Shown: piece after piece, positions 59,566 to 64,000 of the stretch | Position numbering within the stretch: position 1 is the stretch's first letter | Layout of the letters: the number at the start of each line of letters is the position of its first letter | From: Paramoeba atlantica | Lineage: Eukaryota > Protista > Discosea | DNA: 64,000 nucleotides | Direction of reading: 5' to 3' | Assembly: GCA_977017575.1 (NCBI GenBank) | Contig: CDRNVI010000030.1 | Location: 930,001-994,000, forward strand | Program-made: the position numbers and the translations under genes | The notes under the pieces: model-generated | What the model saw: the letters and a program-made list of their open reading frames with translations, nothing else | What the model was told of the DNA's origin: nothing | Database searches by the model: none

Positions 59566-60483
59566 TTAATTTTCGCTCAGGTTCAAATAAGGAGGGTAGA
59601 CATGCTTCTCGACGCATGCAGCGTTGACCATTGCACGAATTGAATTTATGAAGGGGTCAACTACCTTATCTCTCGATGCTCCAATAGTGTGCAAAAAGAG
59701 AACGACAGCTTCTGCGGTAGAAACACCGCTAAATCGAGTTCTACGCCGAACAGGATGAAGTATGCTGTTGTGAGAAGCAACAAGTCCAGGGACTAGCGCA
59801 ACGCGAGGTACATAGTCTGGTATAACCTTTTCAAGGGCCTTCGATTGATTCCACGTAGAATCAATAAGAAAAATAACCCATGGCTTGGGTTTAATAGTTG
59901 TCTCCTTCGGTACTACAGTATAATAATTAGTGGAATCAATAAACTTCGGCGAATCTCTATTTTTTCCTAAAAGAACCGAGTTTATGTATGAGGGCATGCT
60001 AGTAGATTTGCTTCCGGGATACAATACACAACTGAAATGATATGCCTCCAATATTTCCGAAATACGTATCCTTGATGACTCAAGCCCTTCAAGCAGTATT
60101 TCAGCTGCAAAACATGCCCCTACCACCTTTCCTGAATTACTTACCCGCGAAAACTCATGGCTATGCATACAAAGAACGAATTTAATATCCGGAACCAAAT
60201 GTGCTAAATAAACCATTTGTGTACAAACACAATGCTTCAATGAAATCCAACAATATTTGCAGCGCTTTCTAATATACAGTCCTTCAAGTGCAATACCCAT
60301 CCGACGTCGAATGTTTTCAACTAATTTAAAATTTCCATCTTTCTCTTTCTCTTTGCGCATGTATGCGCACCAGTCCGTATTAGACCACTGACTAGTGTAA
60401 CAGTTTTGCTGATAATTTTTATTACTTGCGATACTTTCAATTCCGGCCCGGAACAAGTTTTCGGAGTCATATAGTGTTTTCAT
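59566..60483 (-). CDS. DTW-domain tRNA-uridine aminocarboxypropyltransferase (DTWD2/TapT-like)
   Basis: C..C.....C.C, MHSHEF..SNSG, LYP, LIDSTWNQSK and STAEA. Confidence 0.88.
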   Translation of the reverse strand: MKTLYDSENLFRAGIESIASNKNYQQNCYTSQWSNTDWCAYMRKEKEKDGNFKLVENIRRRMGIALEGLYIRKRCKYCWISLKHCVCTQMVYLAHLVPDIKFVLCMHSHEFSRVSNSGKVVGACFAAEILLEGLESSRIRISEILEAYHFSCVLYPGSKSTSMPSYINSVLLGKNRDSPKFIDSTNYYTVVPKETTIKPKPWVIFLIDSTWNQSKALEKVIPDYVPRVALVPGLVASHNSILHPVRRRTRFSGVSTAEAVVLFLHTIGASRDKVVDPFINSIRAMVNAACVEKHVYPPYLNLSEN

Positions 60484-62413
60484 GCGACAAATGGTCGGCG
60501 CAAATGTAAATTATGTAAATTAAATAGGGGGAATACAGAACAATCAAACTAATGGGTGAACGTCTAATGTATTCGGTACCTGTGAAATCTTCACAGAAAA
60601 TTTCGCCCGACCGTTTTTTCGGACTCCAATAAAACCAAGTTAATTTTCCTGTTTTTTGCGGTAACCTACAGTACTGACCTAAAACCAATCCACAGTCCGG
60701 TTTTAACGTTCCGGAGGAATATTAATTAGCTACAGTAATGTTAACTTTCCAAGGTTCTCTTGGGTAAGCCGTATATTCGGCGCAACCTGTTGGTAAAAAA
60801 AGCACGTTGGTGTCGCCTTGGACAAGTAAAAACCGGTAGAGGAATTCCGTGTACATAAACTTAGCAAACTTTGTGCATGCGCTTTCTTTCCTTTCATATA
60901 CTTTAGCAACCAAAAAAATAGAAAAGTGTTGGGGAGGTAGGAAAAAAAGGAGGTACGAAATACTACGATCTGCAATAAAGACTTTTTGGGTATTCTATGG
61001 GGAAAAAGTACCCCAATTTTTTGGGTTTTTCTCCGTTTTTTACTTAATTTTTTAGAAACAACGATCTTTTATTGATCAAATTCGGTCGAATCTCCCTTTT
61101 TTCCCCCAAATTTTTAAAAATTTTGAAGGGCACTCCTAATACTAAAATTATTCACTTGTATTTCATCAGCTCATCTCTGAGGCTGAAATATAGGCCATTC
61201 GTGCTTTCAATTTCCCATTTCGCTCGTTCACGTGTTATCCATACAGTATTGATACGCTACCGAACTCTATAAGTGTGTCACACCTTTTGTCAATCTGTCG
61301 TGCCACAATTTGAGATCTAGTACTCGTATTTTCTATAAATGTCCCCGAGTGGCTTGGTGTAAGTAAGCCAATGTCTTCTCTTTCGTCAATACCAATCTAG
61401 AAGGATTGCTAAATCGCTGAACTCGAAAAAACATTGAAGTTTTTTTTTTGGAAAACATTTGGAGGAAAAAAGGGAGATTCCACCATCAAAAGCGGTTATT
61501 CTATTGACTTTTCATCCATTTTTGTCGATGTTTCGAATCCACTCTTCTCTCTATGAATCGTCTGGGGTGCACGATGTTTTCTTTCTTGGTGTTTGTCAGC
61601 TCAATCTTGCGAAAAACGGAAGAAAAGGCGCCTAGGTGTCTTTAGAAACACAGTTTGTGTGCCAATGCATCCCGTATTACTACCCCCCCCCATCCTAGCG
61701 TTGCCCCGGTAACCCCCCTCCAAGCGTTGCTTTGGAGGATGACGAATCCAGTGCCATCCAAAACAGAGCTATGGGAATCGAGGGAGGACCATGTCCGCCC
61801 GATGAGTGTAGAACAAGTGGTGGCCATGATATGAAAAAGCACATAAAAAACAAAGACTTTTCTAAGGAATTATAAATTCTTAGCAGTGACAGCAGGGGTT
61901 TCATACTGAACAACCAAGAACAGCAATTTTTTCCCCCATGTTTTCGCCGATCGCATTTTTATTTGTGGAAGTGTCTTTACGAACAATACGTGTCATTGTG
62001 AAAAATAGGAAATGTGAACTATAGTACTTTAACATTGCTAAAGAACGAGTGGGACATCATAACATTCCCCCCGGAGTGTTATGAAGCTACAGGAATGTTA
62101 AACCGGACTGTGGTTTTCGTTTTTCCGAAACGTAGTGACTAGGGGGGGGGCAAACAACTTGGGGGAAAAGTACCACTATCTCGAAAGCCTTTCTCCTCTA
62201 TTCAAATGAAGCACTTTCTCGCTGTCGTGAAAAGTTGCGTTTTTTTCGAAAGAGGTATCGTTGCTTGCTTGCCTGCAAAAGCAGTATTTAGATTATGGCG
62301 TACTCTTCATATTATGACGTGATTATTTCACATTTTACTTCAAAATCTTAATCGTAATAACGCCGTCAAATAAATACGTTATATCTAAGATAATAAACGA
62401 CGCAAATAATCTT

Positions 62414-63295
62414 CTAAAAAGAGAATATGTTTTTTCTATCGTGTCCAATTCTATTGAGTAGCTGTTGAGATAGTCGTACTAGCCCAGATGGACCACAAAT
62501 AAGAAATAATGTATCTGCGTGAGGACAAGGTAGGTACATGGAAATCATTGGCTCATCTACTCGCCCCGTAATCTCCTTATCCTTACTGAAGTCTTTAGTT
62601 AATGTATACGTTACGGTAAAGCGTGAATCTTCCATCAAATTATCAAGCTCCGAACGACATAATATATCAGATTTCGCGCAATTTGAGAATAGAAGGTACA
62701 TCTTAGTTTTATCTTTCGCATCTTTCAGCACGGCGTGAATTATTTGCAGCATGGGTGTTATTCCCGTGCCTCCTGCAATCATTCCAATACGTTTGCATCT
62801 TCGTATTTCCGTGTTCAATATACCATATTTTCCCATTCCATGATATACAAATTTCCCCTTTGGTCCCATAACGTCCAATGTTGATCCTGTTGAAAGTGAT
62901 TTCAAATACTGTGTCATGATACCACCTTTCTTTTGGCCGTATGGTTCATAAACTTTCACAAGAAGATCAAAGTATCCCTTTGCATTTACGGAAGATACAG
63001 GTGTATATGGCCGAGCTACCGTTTTCCCATCAATGCAGGTACGTAAAAATATATGTTGTCCTGCGTCCAATCCAAGAACTGCATTTTTGGGCAAAAGGAA
63101 TCGAAAAACGTACGTATCGTGACTCAACGGGACTTTCAAAGCCAACTTGCACTGTCGATAAAAGTTCTTTTGAAGAAACACAACTCCTCTTATTCTACGG
63201 TATATGACACATCCAATTAGAATAATTCCCGATATGACCGAAGGCAAATATGGACGTAACCGAAAGTGCTGTGCCATGGAGTAACCGAAAGTCAT
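62414..63295 (-). CDS. NADH-cytochrome b5 reductase
   Basis: N-terminal TM anchor, GQH, RPYTPVS, LVKVY, GGIMTQYL, GPKG, MIAGGTGITPM and CGP. First ATG at 63295. Confidence 0.95.
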   Translation of the reverse strand: MTFGYSMAQHFRLRPYLPSVISGIILIGCVIYRRIRGVVFLQKNFYRQCKLALKVPLSHDTYVFRFLLPKNAVLGLDAGQHIFLRTCIDGKTVARPYTPVSSVNAKGYFDLLVKVYEPYGQKKGGIMTQYLKSLSTGSTLDVMGPKGKFVYHGMGKYGILNTEIRRCKRIGMIAGGTGITPMLQIIHAVLKDAKDKTKMYLLFSNCAKSDILCRSELDNLMEDSRFTVTYTLTKDFSKDKEITGRVDEPMISMYLPCPHADTLFLICGPSGLVRLSQQLLNRIGHDRKNIFSF

Positions 63296-63580
63296 AAAAG
63301 TTACTGTCGTTATCGTTACTTTGTGTTCCAAATTGTTGTCGGTGTACTGACTTACTTTGTGGGTCAAAATTTATGTTATAAATTTCTTTACTTCATTAAT
63401 AAGAGTCCTTGACACCCAGAGTGGTAAAATTTCTTAAAAGTATATACAATGTGTATAAAATCTATCTACAATGACTCGGAACCGAATGCTCTCCATGTTC
63501 TTGAGCAAGGTCATTAAAAGAAACCACGACGTTAAAAAACAAGTAAGATCCCTCGACTTGTGAAGTGAACTCTCTGTTCA

Positions 63581-64000
63581 TTATTCTTTCCCCCATACGT
63601 CTTGTATCATAGTCTCAGACCAGTAACTTGCCCGAAGAGATCCCGGAAGTTCCCCGAGATATACTAATCCGCAAAGCTCTTTATTCCTGCTTAAATCGAT
63701 CCACCTTAGACTCCCAGGCAAATGAGAAAGGTCGACCTCGCCCGAGAATTGGTTTACGTGAAGAAAAATATCTAGTAAAGTAGGAGGCAACCGCGTTAGC
63801 TCGAGACTACCAGTAAAACTATTGCATGCCAGCGCGAGGGAAACAAGTTTGGGAGGAAGCTCTGCAAGGTTAACACTCCCCGATAAACGATTCTCAACGA
63901 CGGAGATAGTAATTAGAGCACCTGGAATAGGTGGAGAAACTAAATCAAGAGATCCAGAGAACTGATTGCGCATCAAAGAAATCTCACTCAGCGACGAGGG
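63581..64000 (-). CDS. Leucine-rich repeat protein, 5'-partial (same family as 33513-35572)
   Basis: The frame stays open to the window edge (PSSLSEISLMRNQFSG...); repeats LP..L..L.L..N.F.G. Confidence 0.88.
   Translation of the reverse strand, partial: PSSLSEISLMRNQFSGSLDLVSPPIPGALITISVVENRLSGSVNLAELPPKLVSLALACNSFTGSLELTRLPPTLLDIFLHVNQFSGEVDLSHLPGSLRWIDLSRNKELCGLVYLGELPGSLRASYWSETMIQDVWGKE

Noticed and set aside
1-64000. tRNA, rRNA, intact SL RNA genes or telomeric arrays
   Set aside because: TTCGAATCC-like hits lack cloverleaf context. No rRNA-like segments, complete SL exon with GT donor, or (TTAGGG)n tracts were seen.

Overview
Eukaryotic DNA from a compact, intron-free genome that looks kinetoplastid. 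This assignment is inferred, not proven. It rests on 23 consecutive host genes on the minus strand between 9.1 and 64 kb, uninterrupted ORFs of 1400-1500 aa, poly-pyrimidine/AG acceptor-like tracts, and a spliced-leader (SL)-like 19-mer. The LRR family resembles, from memory, those of Perkinsela-type prokinetoplastids. Recognisable host genes: Vps33/Sec1-like, Trf4-type poly(A) polymerase, LTN1, CFAP410, a DEDDh exonuclease, a TBP-like protein, kinesin, TCP11-like, a torsin-like AAA+ ATPase, three LRR genes, a penicillin-amidase-family hydrolase, POLA1, DDI1, eIF4G, a METTL25-like methylase, a DTW protein and cytochrome b5 reductase. Mobile DNA: the 5' half of a CRE/SLACS-clade retrotransposon missed by the ORF track, a CRE 3' fragment, a complete two-gene Harbinger-like element, a decayed second Harbinger, an intact Tc1-like element with DD32E spacing, and a dead pogo-like transposase. 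The strongest unexplained signals are four. (1) An SL remnant fused to the retrotransposon 5' end. (2) A duplicated, highly structured ~163-nt element whose two copies were each hit by a different transposon. (3) Two repeat arrays in which hairpin stems are preserved or covary. (4) About 1-kb GC-rich islands inside ordinary genes that all switch from C-rich to G-rich at their centre. All family calls come from motif recognition by eye; no database search or computation was run.
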